Positions 53,401-64,000 of a DNA stretch of 64,000 bases are shown one piece after another. How positions within the stretch are numbered: position 1 is the stretch's first letter; each line of letters opens with the position of its first letter. A program made the position numbers and the translations under genes. The notes below the pieces were generated by a model. That model saw only the letters and a program-made list of their open reading frames with translations, did not search any database and was not told where the DNA came from. This DNA is from Tubiluchus corallicola (lineage: Eukaryota > Animalia > Priapulida): NCBI GenBank assembly GCA_030141605.1, contig JAQGDQ010000013.1:510447-574446 (forward strand), read 5' to 3'.

Positions 53401-56400
53401 TTCTACTTTTTAGTTCCCATTTTGCTGTCTTGCTTCGGTAATTCTTTATTCATGTAATAAACAACATATTCATGGAACAAGCAACATGTCTGTTTAATTT
53501 TGTTTGTAAATTCAATTTGGTGATTTTTGGTGAAATGGCGCATCCAGTCAATATAAAGCCATCAAGTTCACTCTGTTCTTGTAGAATTTGACTAGGTGAA
53601 AGCAGCGACTCAAAATAAGCTATATCATCTTTGTTTAGTTCAGCAAAGTCGCTTCGATGAATATGTGGATATCTAACGCTTGTTAAATCAACGTTAATAA
53701 CTGTTCTAGACAAACAAAAATTCACAGGTTACGTCATTTTGACTTCCAATCAGAAAAAAATGTTGCATTACCCATAGTTTACATTTAACTTTGGAAACAT
53801 GACAAAACAGCTAAGTGGTCACTGAGTGTGCATAACAGCAAAAGTTAAGCAACACTGATAGTTGTCAGGAAATAAGCTGGAAAAAATCACCAAAAACTAG
53901 AAATAAAATTCAAACTAATAAACTGTAATAAGAAAATTAGACTCACCAGACACTTCATCTAAGCTGATGACTTGATTAAGAAGTTGCGTAGAAATAATAA
54001 TCTCGTCAAAGACGGGCACACTACCGCCAACAAGTCCAGTGTTGCCACCCTGGGGAACAACTGCAAGGTTTCTACCATGACAATATTTCACAATCTCTGA
54101 GACCTGCTCAGTAGTTTTAGGTTTTAATACCAAACTACTTGCACCTTCAAAAGAAAAAAAATCTTAGCTAAATGTGAATACAACGCAAATAAAGAATTCT
54201 CTGATGTGTAAAAATACATAAGAGTCACTAACATCTGACAATATGAATGTGATGAATTAAACGCAAACTACAATTGCAATAAATCAATCAAAATGAATGT
54301 GTAAGAAGTTGAATATTTACTACGTTTCTTTGCATATAACATACAATTTACATGCACAATTAAGTTATGGGAATCATAAAATGATAATATGTTACAGTAC
54401 AAATTATAAGTACAGTAAACTCTCGCTTAATGACTCCACATTTAGCGACATCTCGCTTTAACAACGCTGATAATTTGAAACCTTTTTTCACTTAACGACG
54501 CACTGTTTCGCTTTTATGACATTTTTTTACTTTGCTCGAAGCCAATTTTTATTTTGTCAACAACATTTTAACTAATTTCATGCATTCAAAAGCACATATT
54601 GTGTTATTTTCTTCTAAAAACGTGCTAATAATGTAAACAGTGCTTATACAAGTATTTATTTTCACTTCTCGACTGACCACTAAATGTTAGCTGCTTGGCG
54701 TTATCAAGTGAGACCTCGGAGCAAGAAATTTTGCCTGCAACCTGTTGCTATAGTAACCAGGCTAGATCAAATTCTCAATGTCACCCAGCGCTTGGGTTAG
54801 ACTCTGCTGTAATGTTTATTGTTTAACTGCGGCCTAAACTTAAATGTTAACAAAAGAGAAATCACTAGCTAGCTATGTAGGTGGCTTCAAGCAAGCAGAA
54901 AGAAATTAGTCAATAGAAATATGAATAAAACTCATAAAATCTTTAATTTATATGATTTAAGCAGCATTGATTTTTGCCTCTAGAACGAATCTCAATTCTT
55001 TCACATAACTTTCTATGGAAGTCTTGGCTTCGTTTAACATCTAGTTTTGCTGGAGTGCATAGCGTCGTTAAGCGAGGACTTACTGTAATACATACATAAA
55101 TTAGTTAAAAGGATTATCAACACTGATATTATTTCTTCGTTTGTAAATCAGAGAAACTGAAATTTATTAGCAGCAGTCAAATACAGTACACAAACAATGT
55201 CAGGTTCACTACGATGTTGATTACCACAAACTATTATACTAAAAAAAATGCGATTTCTATCAAAATTAGTTAAGTTTGAACACTGATTTAGAAAGGACAT
55301 AGTACAAAATATGCTAATTGCAGTAGCACATAGTACAAAATATGCTAATTGCAGTAGCGCATAGTACAAAATACGCTAATTGCAGTAGCACATAGTACAA
55401 AATGTGCTAATTGTAGTAGCACATAGTACAAAATATGCTAATTGCAGTAGTGCATAGTACAAAATATGCTAATTGCAGTAGCACATAGTACAAAATATGC
55501 TAATTGCAGTAGGACATAGTACAAAATATGCTAATTGCAGTAGGACATAGTACAAAATGTGCTAATTGTAGTAGCACATAGTACAAAATATGCTAATTGC
55601 AGTAATGCATAGTACAAAATATGCTAATTGCAGTAGCACATAGTACAAAATATGCTAATTGCAGTAGCACATAGTACAAAATATGCTAATTGCAGTAGGA
55701 CATAGTACAAAATGTGCTAATTGTAGTAGCACATAGTACAAAATATGCTCACATAGTACAAAATATGCTAATTGCAGTAGACATAGTACAAAATTGCAAT
55801 TGAGTAGACATAGTACAAAATATGCTAATTGCAGTAGCACATAGTACAAAATATGCTAATTGCAGTAGGACATAGTACAAAATATGCTAATTGCAGTAGG
55901 ACATAGTACAAAATATGCTAATTGCAGTAGCACATAGTACAAAATATGCTAATTGCAGTATTGTCAATCTTTCTTTACAAACATTGCGACTGTTTGGCAG
56001 CTAGATTAATAAAAGATTCAATTTCAGCAATACAAGTACCTCATGCCATGTGTGAATTTTTCGAAAGCAACAAGACACAGGGTAAAACTTTTCAAAATTC
56101 CATATTTCAACATTTATAATTGTTATATATTTATCAGATAAGTTAAGACACCCGTAAACTGAGCAGGAAAATCATAGAAGCAATTTTAACAAAGCACTAT
56201 TATCTGACAAGAGCTTTTTATTTTTAAATGCATTTGTGAAGTTCTTGTCAGAAGCTGAAATAGAGCTATACAAACAGAAACAAAATATTTTAACAATTCA
56301 AGAGTGGAACACTAAACGTTTTAACAAATGCAAAAAATTCCATTTCATAATATACCTTTCCAATGGCGCATCCAGTCAATATTAAAGCCATCAAGTTCAC

Positions 56401-58345
56401 TCTGTTCTTGTAAAATTTGACTAGGTGAAAGCAGCGACTCAAAATAAGCTATATCATCTTTGTTCAGTTCAGCAAAGTCGCTTCGATGAATATGTGGATA
56501 TCTAACGCTCGTTAAATCAACGTTAATGACTGTCCTAGACAAACAAAACGTCATTTTGACTTCCAATCAGAAAATGTTGCATTACCCATAGTTTACATTT
56601 AACTTTGGAAACATGACAAAACAGCTAAGTGGTCACTGAGTGTGCATAACAGCAAAAGTTAAGCAACACTGATAGTTGTCAGGAAATAAGCTGGTGATTG
56701 TCAAAAAAATGCATCTAACATCAATCGTAATGCTGTATTTGGCTGTTTACATCATTGAGAAGAGTAGGTTTGAATGCAGGTAAGACACTGCTACTGCTTT
56801 TACAGAGGATTATCATTGATAACGAAGTAGATGCTGGTGCTGCTACACCTATATTGTGTAGGCTTTGCTGTTGTTTATTGGATCTGACTTGCAAAGTTCA
56901 GAGCTTTTTGTTTTTAAAAGATTCTCAGCATGTCTTTACTGTCAATACCATCTTCAATATCTTTTATTTGCTATCTAAACCAGTAGGAGGAACAGCAACT
57001 GTTACATATACAGTTTGAAAAATTGCAGCAGTAGCTCTAACGTCATCACAATTACTGTACAGAAATTTACACTTTTGACCTTATGTTTAGTACCGGGTTA
57101 CAATGATAACAACACAACAGCATCAATTACTTATAAGAAAACCGGACAATTGATTAGACTCAATCTCGTTTTAATTTACTGTTAAAAATATACATTTTCT
57201 ACTCTATAAAAGTTACCAATTGTTTCTAATATTTGCCTAACTAACTTGTAAAGTGAATTAACGACAATTGAACATGGCTACCGCTTATGTCACAAGCTAA
57301 CCACAGTTTGTGCAATGGCGGGGATCTTCCTCCATATCAAGTACGTTAGTGTAAGCCAGGGGTGTGCAAATTGCGGCCCGCGGGCCACTTGCGGCCCGCC
57401 GAGAGAATTTGTGCAGCCCGCGAAGAGATTTGTCAACCTAATGAAAGTGCGGTCAGGGCGATTAATTGAGTGTATTCAGCTGAAGTCCGTGCCACGATCC
57501 CAAAGATAGTGCGGGTAGTTTTTTCTACTAGATCAGATGCCATTAACCCTTACAAGATGGTTGTAGCTTAATGTTACTGTAATACACAGACTGTGTGATA
57601 CACATTACTAATATGCATTGTAATGAAATTATCACTGTCTGTCCTGAAAGTAGAAATATATGGTTTGTAATATAAATTTTAATAACTTCTAAAATAGTTT
57701 CTTGAGTGTAGTAGTAATGATGTACGCAGGTATCGTCATTAGGCCTCGTCATCGTAAAAAACTCGTTATTAGGCCTTTCTGTACTTGGCTCCTTGATCAA
57801 ACTGCCTGTGGCCCGCAGGAATTGCGGGAAAGTTTAATGTGGCCCGGCTAGTCAGATAATTTGTACACCTTTGGTGTAAGCAAAGATTGCGATAAGACGC
57901 TGATGTGACGTCATGAAAAAATCTCTATATCACAGTGACATCATAGATGAACATTGCAGTTCATGATCATGTTTATCACGGCACCACGTCTATTTATCGG
58001 CCAAGCGAATGTGACAAAAGGTGCCACTGCTAGTCTTACTTAATGGATTCGCTGAGCCGTGTGTAGCCTTGAAAGTTTAACAAAATTCAACTTTTCAATA
58101 TTTTAAAACAAACTTTATTTTGAACTAATGTCTACACAATCGTCCAGTTTTCCTTTAAGGCAGAGGAAAATTCTGAATGCTTTCACAATTTTCTTGAAAA
58201 CTTTTTTCACAAAATGTGACAAGCACAACCTTATTTGTGAGGTAGAAAAGGTTTTATTCATTAAACGCCCGAAGGACGATCGATTTATCCTAGTACAATG
58301 GCGGATGTTCCAAGCAGCAAATCTGAGAACCTGTTTAACAAACAT
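42495..58345 (-). CDS. D2HGDH: Mitochondrial D-2-hydroxyglutarate dehydrogenase (FAD-linked oxidase), ~521 aa
   Basis: Exons in transcription order: 58230-58345 (Arg-rich targeting peptide), 56356-56534, 53947-54144 ([18 protein letters not shown]), 51661-51854 ([21 protein letters not shown]), 50600-50768 ([16 protein letters not shown]), 50284-50413, 47650-47806, then a terminal exon at 45462-45881 or 42495-42917. All phases are compatible. Confidence 0.96.
43566..43629 (+). other. Inverted copy of the D2HGDH terminal-exon 3' splice site and exon start (candidate RNA pairing element)
   Basis: 56/64 identity by hand alignment to the reverse complement of 42882-42944. Confidence 0.85.
44472..45372. 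mobile_element. Tigger-like MITE containing four 58-bp tandem repeats (45130-45360)
   Basis: TA|CAGTAAGTCCTCGCTTAA ... TTAAGCAAGCACTTACTG|TA. Same family as 51872-53125 and 54413-55085, in the opposite orientation. Confidence 0.8.
45462..45881 (-). CDS. D2HGDH: D2HGDH proximal duplicated terminal exon (8a, divergent)
   Basis: tatgtag|GCA acceptor, phase 0, intact 139-codon frame. [44 protein letters not shown]. Confidence 0.88.
   Translation of the reverse strand, partial: AIWALRDRIGEALFHEGYRYKFDVCLPTLQFYNLVLDMRERLSESVLTCCGFGHVVDGNLHLNMTSPQFDKLAFDKMVPYIYEWVVKRNGSISAEHGIGFHRDYIYYNKSKLAVNLMKRVKAIVDPKGILNPYKTLPEK
47022..47592. mobile_element. piggyBac-like MITE containing a (GT)n tract
   Basis: TTAA|CCCTTTCACTATG ... 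CATAGTGAAAGGG|TTAA, perfect 13-bp TIR. Confidence 0.9.
50983..51162. repeat. 31-bp tandem repeat, ~6 copies
   Basis: Unit CAATCTTAATGAATAAGTCTCGTGTGACCTG. Confidence 0.9.
51872..53125. mobile_element. Tigger-like MITE interrupted by a nested hAT-like element (52401-52921)
   Basis: TA|CAGTAAGTCCTCACTTAA ... GTTAAGCGAGG. The inner element has CAGTGGC...GCCACTG termini and CAGACAAA/CAGATAAG flanks. Confidence 0.7.
53534..53880 (-). pseudogene. Duplicated, frameshifted copy of D2HGDH exon 2 plus its upstream intron (pseudo-exon)
   Basis: Near-identical to 56362-56694. Has a 1-nt deletion (atattaaag to atataaag), lacks the donor, and keeps the AG acceptor. Confidence 0.9.
54413..55085. mobile_element. 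Tigger-like MITE
   Basis: TA|CAGTAAACTCTCGCTTAA ... TTAAGCGAGGACTTACTG|TA. Confidence 0.8.
55298..55960. repeat. 31-bp minisatellite, ~21 copies
   Basis: Unit CATAGTACAAAATATGCTAATTGCAGTAGCA, head to tail with no spacers. Confidence 0.97.
57357..57873. mobile_element. hAT (Charlie-type) MITE
   Basis: CAGGGGTGTGCAAATT ... AATTTGTACACCTTTG termini, GGCCCG subterminal repeats, perfect 8-bp TSD GTGTAAGC. Confidence 0.9.
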
Positions 58346-61300
58346 TATTGTAGAAGTGCTTCAAATATTCCACAGCTACTAGTCAGTGAAATTCAAACCC
58401 TAAAATAAACAACAAAAAAACGATATATGTAAGGCCTAGGCCTAGGCTATATACGTTAAAGTTTACACTACAGAATGTAAAAAAGACAAAAAGCATTTCA
58501 GTTGCACATTGACAACATTCTATATGGTAGGCGCCGTTTATTAGACTTGTGGTTAATAGAATCAGTCGCCTAATTGACTCACAAACGTCTAGTACGGGCC
58601 ACTCCTATTCAAATGTATATAAAAACTGTCAGTAGATAACTCAAATACTCTGTATGTTTTGTTCACGTAGTTAAAATAAGATATTAGTGTATGACCAAAG
58701 AGCTTTACTGCCTTTATGTCATCTTTACTTTGCTTTTGTGGACTATAATATACGTAGAAACTATCATGTTAGCTACAGCTTTGTTTATAAGCAGGTACAG
58801 TATGTTTATCATATGTGCTAATATGTTAACGTAGCTGTTTTGCTTTGAATCTGTCACCCGCTTGTCCGCTGCAGTTAACCTCATTGTTTCTGGAAGCTAA
58901 ATATTTAAAAACTTCCCCAGTGGTTTGATTTTCACAGAGGAAACAAGATCATAACCAACTGCAGCTCAAGCACTAGGTGACTAGGTGTTTTGCATGAATA
59001 TGTACAGTATACAGCAACAGATTTTTTAACATTTTTATCATTATGAGAGTTTCATAAACCAACTTCTTCGTGAAGAAATTAAGTAACCGACCTCGCCTGA
59101 AATTTTTTGTGGTAATAATCAGATTTGTGTGATTTCTTTATTTTCTTTTTTTATTAATTCACTTATATAAATTAGTATTCTTAAATAATTTTACCTAGGA
59201 ATTTTGACGTTAATTTGTTTCTAAGCCGTCATTTAAAGCCTTTGCAAGGCATACTAAGGTGATGAGTGATGAGCCATACTTCTATAGTAGTAATAAACTA
59301 CAACCTTCAGCTAATTGAATCAGTTGATTAATTGGGTCAAAACACTTCCATCCCAAAGTAAGTCTATTAAGCGGCGTCTACTGTATTACCAACTTACTGA
59401 AATTCCTATCGCAAAATCTTATAAAATATTGTTTATGAAACTAAGATTATCTTCTCGAAAGCTATAAATCAAAACCGGTCGGTGGGAATGCACCCTTATG
59501 AAAACCGTCGTTTATGCAGGTAAGGAGCCTTCACTACGTTGTAAACTGAAAAATATGTGACAGAGGAATGGCCTTTTTAGCAAGACAGTACAACCAGGAT
59601 GAACACAGCTTAGTGTCTTCCTATAAGTTACTTGTAAAGGCTCACCACAAAACAAATTTAATTTAAATAAAATTTTGTTATATTTCGCATAAGGCCATTA
59701 TTACATACATTTTGTATATATGTTATCTAACTTTGTAATGGCAGACAGACTGTACAGTGTCTGAACCCGGACTCAATAAAAGTCACCTACCGCCCCAATA
59801 TTGAAAATTTGACTTATTGCACAAGAGTTTTAGATTAGTAAACCGATGGTGCTACAACCTGGTAATCTATTTGTAAAAGAACTGAAAACTGCCGGAAATA
59901 TATTTCATGATTGCTGTTAAAACGGGGTTATGTGTTTATCCTATTTTGAAGAAAACCTCGATATGTATTACTTTAATTGCCTGTGTTTTACTACTTTGAA
60001 CGTTTGACCCCTCAGATTATTTAGCCTACACCAAACACTGAGGCAACCAGAAAAGCAATGAATAGTCATGGTTATATCAAGCATTGCAATTCGCACTGGC
60101 TTTTTAGGACACATTTGGTTATGAAGATGTGAGATAAAATTAAATTCTCTGTTCTCCCACTCCTGACTAAGTGAATGCGGTATAATTATTAAATTAAATC
60201 TATCTCCATCGTAATTACTGTCATCGTGTACGGTCTGACATAATATAATAACATTATAGCACCACAATAATAAAAAATACCACACCTAAACTGGTCAGTT
60301 ACTTTTTTCGAAATCCCTTTTATGCTCATTTGTTACAATTAAAATCTTTTATCATAAATAAACGCACCTATAATCAAAAGTAAATATTTAATAATGTGTA
60401 CACAAAAATGACATAATTTACCCCAAAACACCAACAACACACTCTCTGGACGCAGCCATGTTCAACAGAAATCTTGCAATTGGTTTGTGTCTTTGCTACT
60501 CGCCCATAGACACAGTTTATACAATAGTATTACACACACACGACGTTTATACTATTGTTTAAACTGTGCCATGGACGTCTACTAATAAAGATATATCGTG
60601 GGCTCCGTGCCGTGGAAGCTGGACGTTAACATTATTCTCTCTGCAAAGAACACGTTGTAAAGTCTTAAACAACAACAATGGTAGTGGCATTAATAACATC
60701 AGTTACAACAATTAAGAGTCGCAAAGACAATTCATTTCAAAACAATAATGTATTTTGTCTGTGTTTACCACAGCTGCTCATTTTCAGTAATTACAATAGC
60801 TTGTGATCTGGATTTTCGTTAGCTGTCAATTTCATTAAGTAGTTATATAATTGTCCTGCAACATACACTGTGGACCTCAGTCCAAGCTTGTGGGATATAA
60901 CTTGCCAAACTATACAGTTGTTTAGGTTAAGATTACAGGTATATTATGGTATCTTATCCAATAGTGTATCCACATACTGGGCTGACTAAAGACAGATCCA
61001 ACTTTAAGTAAAGTTATAAGCAGAATAATGGCAACTGGGTAATAATGTCACTTAAATGATATGCGTCACTATACAGGTTGTAATATTATCTTTTGCTAAA
61101 GGGGTACAAAAACATTGCATTATAGTACTGAGTAACAATGTTAAACAAAATACTGTAGAATAAACAGAAAATTCACCATGTTTCCAATGACTAGTGTGAC
61201 CTGCATAACCTGCAGTCTTCAGGATTAATGAATAGAGCAAATCATTCTGAACTGAGTGGGCTGGAAATTCACCAGATCTCAACATAGCTGAATGCACAGG

Positions 61301-61419
61301 AGAGTGGTTCTGAAGAAAAAGCTAAAATAATCAAAATTTTACTGTTGATCAGTAATCAAAAAGAGATGAAAAACATGAAAAATCGATTAAAAGAGAAAAC
61401 CGTTTCCTGTGTACACCGA

Positions 61420-61760
61420 TTGATAATGTGGACAGTTGGATACATTGGGTTAGTTCACAATAAGGCCATCGATTAATCTAAAGAAGGATGTGTCAGGTCA
61501 GATTTCCTGTTATTTCTGGTAATTGAGTATTTGGAGTGGTGGACAACTAGAGGGGCAGAGTGACATGAAATGGAAGTACACATGATTCCTGAACTGGCAT
61601 TTGGGTTTTGCAGATGACATAGCACTGATGAATGTTTGAACATAATGCGGATGCAGACCACAAGGCTCAAGCGGGCATAAATCTTTTAATTCTGGGAAAT
61701 CATGCTTGGTTTATATATTACAGACGCGACAAGAAATAAGCTAAACTAACATAATCTTCT
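61420..61760 (+). mobile_element. Highly decayed RTE-like reverse transcriptase remnant
   Basis: Frames give GCV.S..LLFLVI and LGFADDIALM, followed by MQTTRL; boundaries are uncertain. Confidence 0.5.
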
Positions 61761-62765
61761 GGGAAAAAATAAAAAATACTGAAGTACCATATTGTATAAA
61801 ACTGTTTGTTATGTCAAACTGGAAAATTTATCGATCATACTTTCTGGTCAAAATTAAAATTTAGTATAGAATCATAATCTGTCTTCCATCTGAAATTTTT
61901 AGGAGTATGTTTGAACTTTCGAGATTCGAGGATTCAGATTCGACTGATATCTGATGATCGTCCAACACATCTTACAAATGCCTCACAACTCCCTAGCTAT
62001 ACACAGGGTGAGCGAGTGGAATATTCTAGAGGCATGCAGGCCTTTTTATTAGTGGCTGCCAGAAGAAATAAAAATTCCAATAAACATTCCAGTAAACTTT
62101 GTTTTGATTAAGGAGGTTTAATAAATTATACTACGCTAATATACATTATGAAACCTCTTTGGGGGCTTGGGCTGAGCACCGAGCAGCTGACTGTTTCGCA
62201 GTAGCGTGTGCTAAATAAATAAAAAGATATCACCTATTGGATTTACAGAATAATCTAGAGAACGGAATCACGAAGCTACCGTACTAGTTCTGCTTACAAT
62301 TTACAAACTTACGAAAGTCTTATAATTAGTAAATTTCAGAAGAGCTTAGCGCTCCGAAATTTTCAGTAAATTGCCAAAATTGGCGGTTCTGTTCATGAAC
62401 TTAAAAGCAACCCAAGGTTAAGGTAAGGCTAACTTACTTAGAACCGCAACTATCAATCGTTTTCAGTGTTCTAAGACACCTTGAATAAATGGTATGGTTG
62501 ATGAAAAAATGATATTAATGCAGAGAAACCACATTACATCATTAGGTGCCGCTAAAACGAATGAAACGTCGCATTAATATACATTTACAAATAGGCCTAT
62601 CTAGTAATAAATGCTAGTAGAATGCAATTATAAACAAATCGCTAACATGGTATATCGTTAATTTTACCACATTATCTATCCTTAGGTTGCCTACTTGGTA
62701 GAGGAGTGTCAAGATTAATCTTATCTTTTTTAGTTGCAAGTCTCTTCAAATGTTAACTTATTGAA

Positions 62766-64000
62766 ATGGGGAAGACCACAAAAAAGATCAAAAAATCCAG
62801 AGTGGCAACTCGGAAGAAAGTTGATTTAGCGGTAAGATATATTCTTGATTCCATGTGTATTGACTTCCAGAAGTGATTACAGTTTGTAGCGAATAGTAAA
62901 TTTTCATTTTCAATAGTAGTGACAATAAGTAATTATTGTTACTGGCATACTACAGTTGAATGCTGGTAATACGATTCGGCTTGTATTGAAACTCTCAGTA
63001 CAATGATGATTTTATTATGGCCTCGCCACGGTTTATAATAAATCCTATGCAGTCACTGATGGTTAATATGAAACTCATCACTACACGCTGTTTTATATGG
63101 CATTTTTCATATTCCCGTCAATATGAACTCAATATAAAAAACCACTTGGAATACAATTTCTGGTGTGCCCGCCCCGTATAGACACTCTTCACTTGTTGCT
63201 AACCGTGACGATAACTCAGTAGATTGTTTTTGCAACTCAATACACATCATAACATAATGCATATACATAGTATCATGGCTAGGCCTACTGTTGATTTAAT
63301 CAATTAACTGTATAGATTAAAATGACACCAGTCAAATTATTAATTTCCAGAAAGACTTAGGCTTTCCACTCTGATAAAAATTTGACATTGTGGTTTAAAT
63401 TAGCCTATGTTTATTACTACCGGCTACTTACAGGTATCCAATTATACATGTACTATCGACTCACTGGCAGTTTGCTGTTTGTAATTTGTACTTGTGGGAA
63501 ATGAGGGTTAAACTAACTTAGATTACGTTCACTAATTAAAAGATAACAATGTAGAGGTTACAGGTGTCATATAATTTTTGTACCTTAGATAAAAATAACA
63601 GTAGGAGTTACTAGAAGTGTACGTAATGATTACTACGAAACATGCTTAATACGAAAAAATATCTGGGTCCCGTAAAAATCTTATTACTGGGATTCAACTA
63701 TATCATCCCACATAAAAGTTCTACAGTGTATACTTTGTGTATTTATCTCTAGGTAAAAAAAGAAGAACCCGACTTTCTCGGTCCAGAAGATTCCATCATT
63801 AGCGATGATGAGCTCGTGTTCTTACCGGTTCGAGAACTGAATAAACTTCTAAAAGGTCATCCGCGAAACAAAGTAATTTCGTTAAAACAAAGACGAAGAA
63901 CATTGAAAAATCGCGGCTATGCGGCTAGTTGCCGGACAAAACGAGTGGAGAAGATAGACACATTGCAAGAGCAAAAAGATAAATTGGACAAGGAAATACT
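62766..64000 (+). CDS. Small Maf bZIP transcription factor (MafK/G/F, Maf-S type), runs off the window end; exons 62766-62831 and 63753-64000
   Basis: [22 protein letters not shown]|[64 protein letters not shown]: Maf extended homology region and basic region, with no long activation domain. Confidence 0.93.
62953..63699. mobile_element. Tigger-like MITE in the small Maf intron
   Basis: TA|CAGTTGAATGCTGGTAATA ... TATTACTGGGATTCAACTA|TA imperfect TIRs. Confidence 0.6.

Noticed and set aside
55298-55960. 31-bp repeat arrays (here and 50983-51162) as possible CRISPR arrays
   Set aside because: Head-to-tail units with no unique spacers, inside eukaryotic introns, and no cas genes.
59968-60285. 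105-aa ORF with an IIIPHS segment faintly like the GH38 alpha-mannosidase N-terminus
   Set aside because: Lacks the HxD motif, has no ATG start, is out of phase with the upstream donor, and has no further exons.

Overview
AT-rich metazoan (probably protostome invertebrate) genomic DNA with spliceosomal GT-AG introns and many MITEs. Genes in order: (1) Notch on + (23 exons in the window, 5279-27534; signal peptide and most of EGF1 lie upstream of the window); (2) a convergent 4-coumarate-CoA-ligase/firefly-luciferase-like adenylating enzyme with no introns in its CDS (-); (3) a decayed non-LTR retrotransposon; (4) nicastrin, the gamma-secretase subunit, with only one intron (+); (5) mitochondrial D-2-hydroxyglutarate dehydrogenase (-); (6) the start of a small Maf bZIP gene (+). 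The most unusual locus is D2HGDH. It has two intact, about 70% identical copies of its last exon, which carries the metal- and substrate-binding residues, and the copies differ at those residues. Between them lies a ~64-nt inverted copy of that exon's 3' splice site, which could pair with and mask the acceptor in the pre-mRNA. This suggests an RNA-structure-controlled switch between two active-site isoforms. Also notable: Notch and nicastrin lie ~9 kb apart, and the Notch LNR-A exon end with its splice donor is tandemly repeated five times. All exon boundaries and alignments were read by eye; no database search was run.
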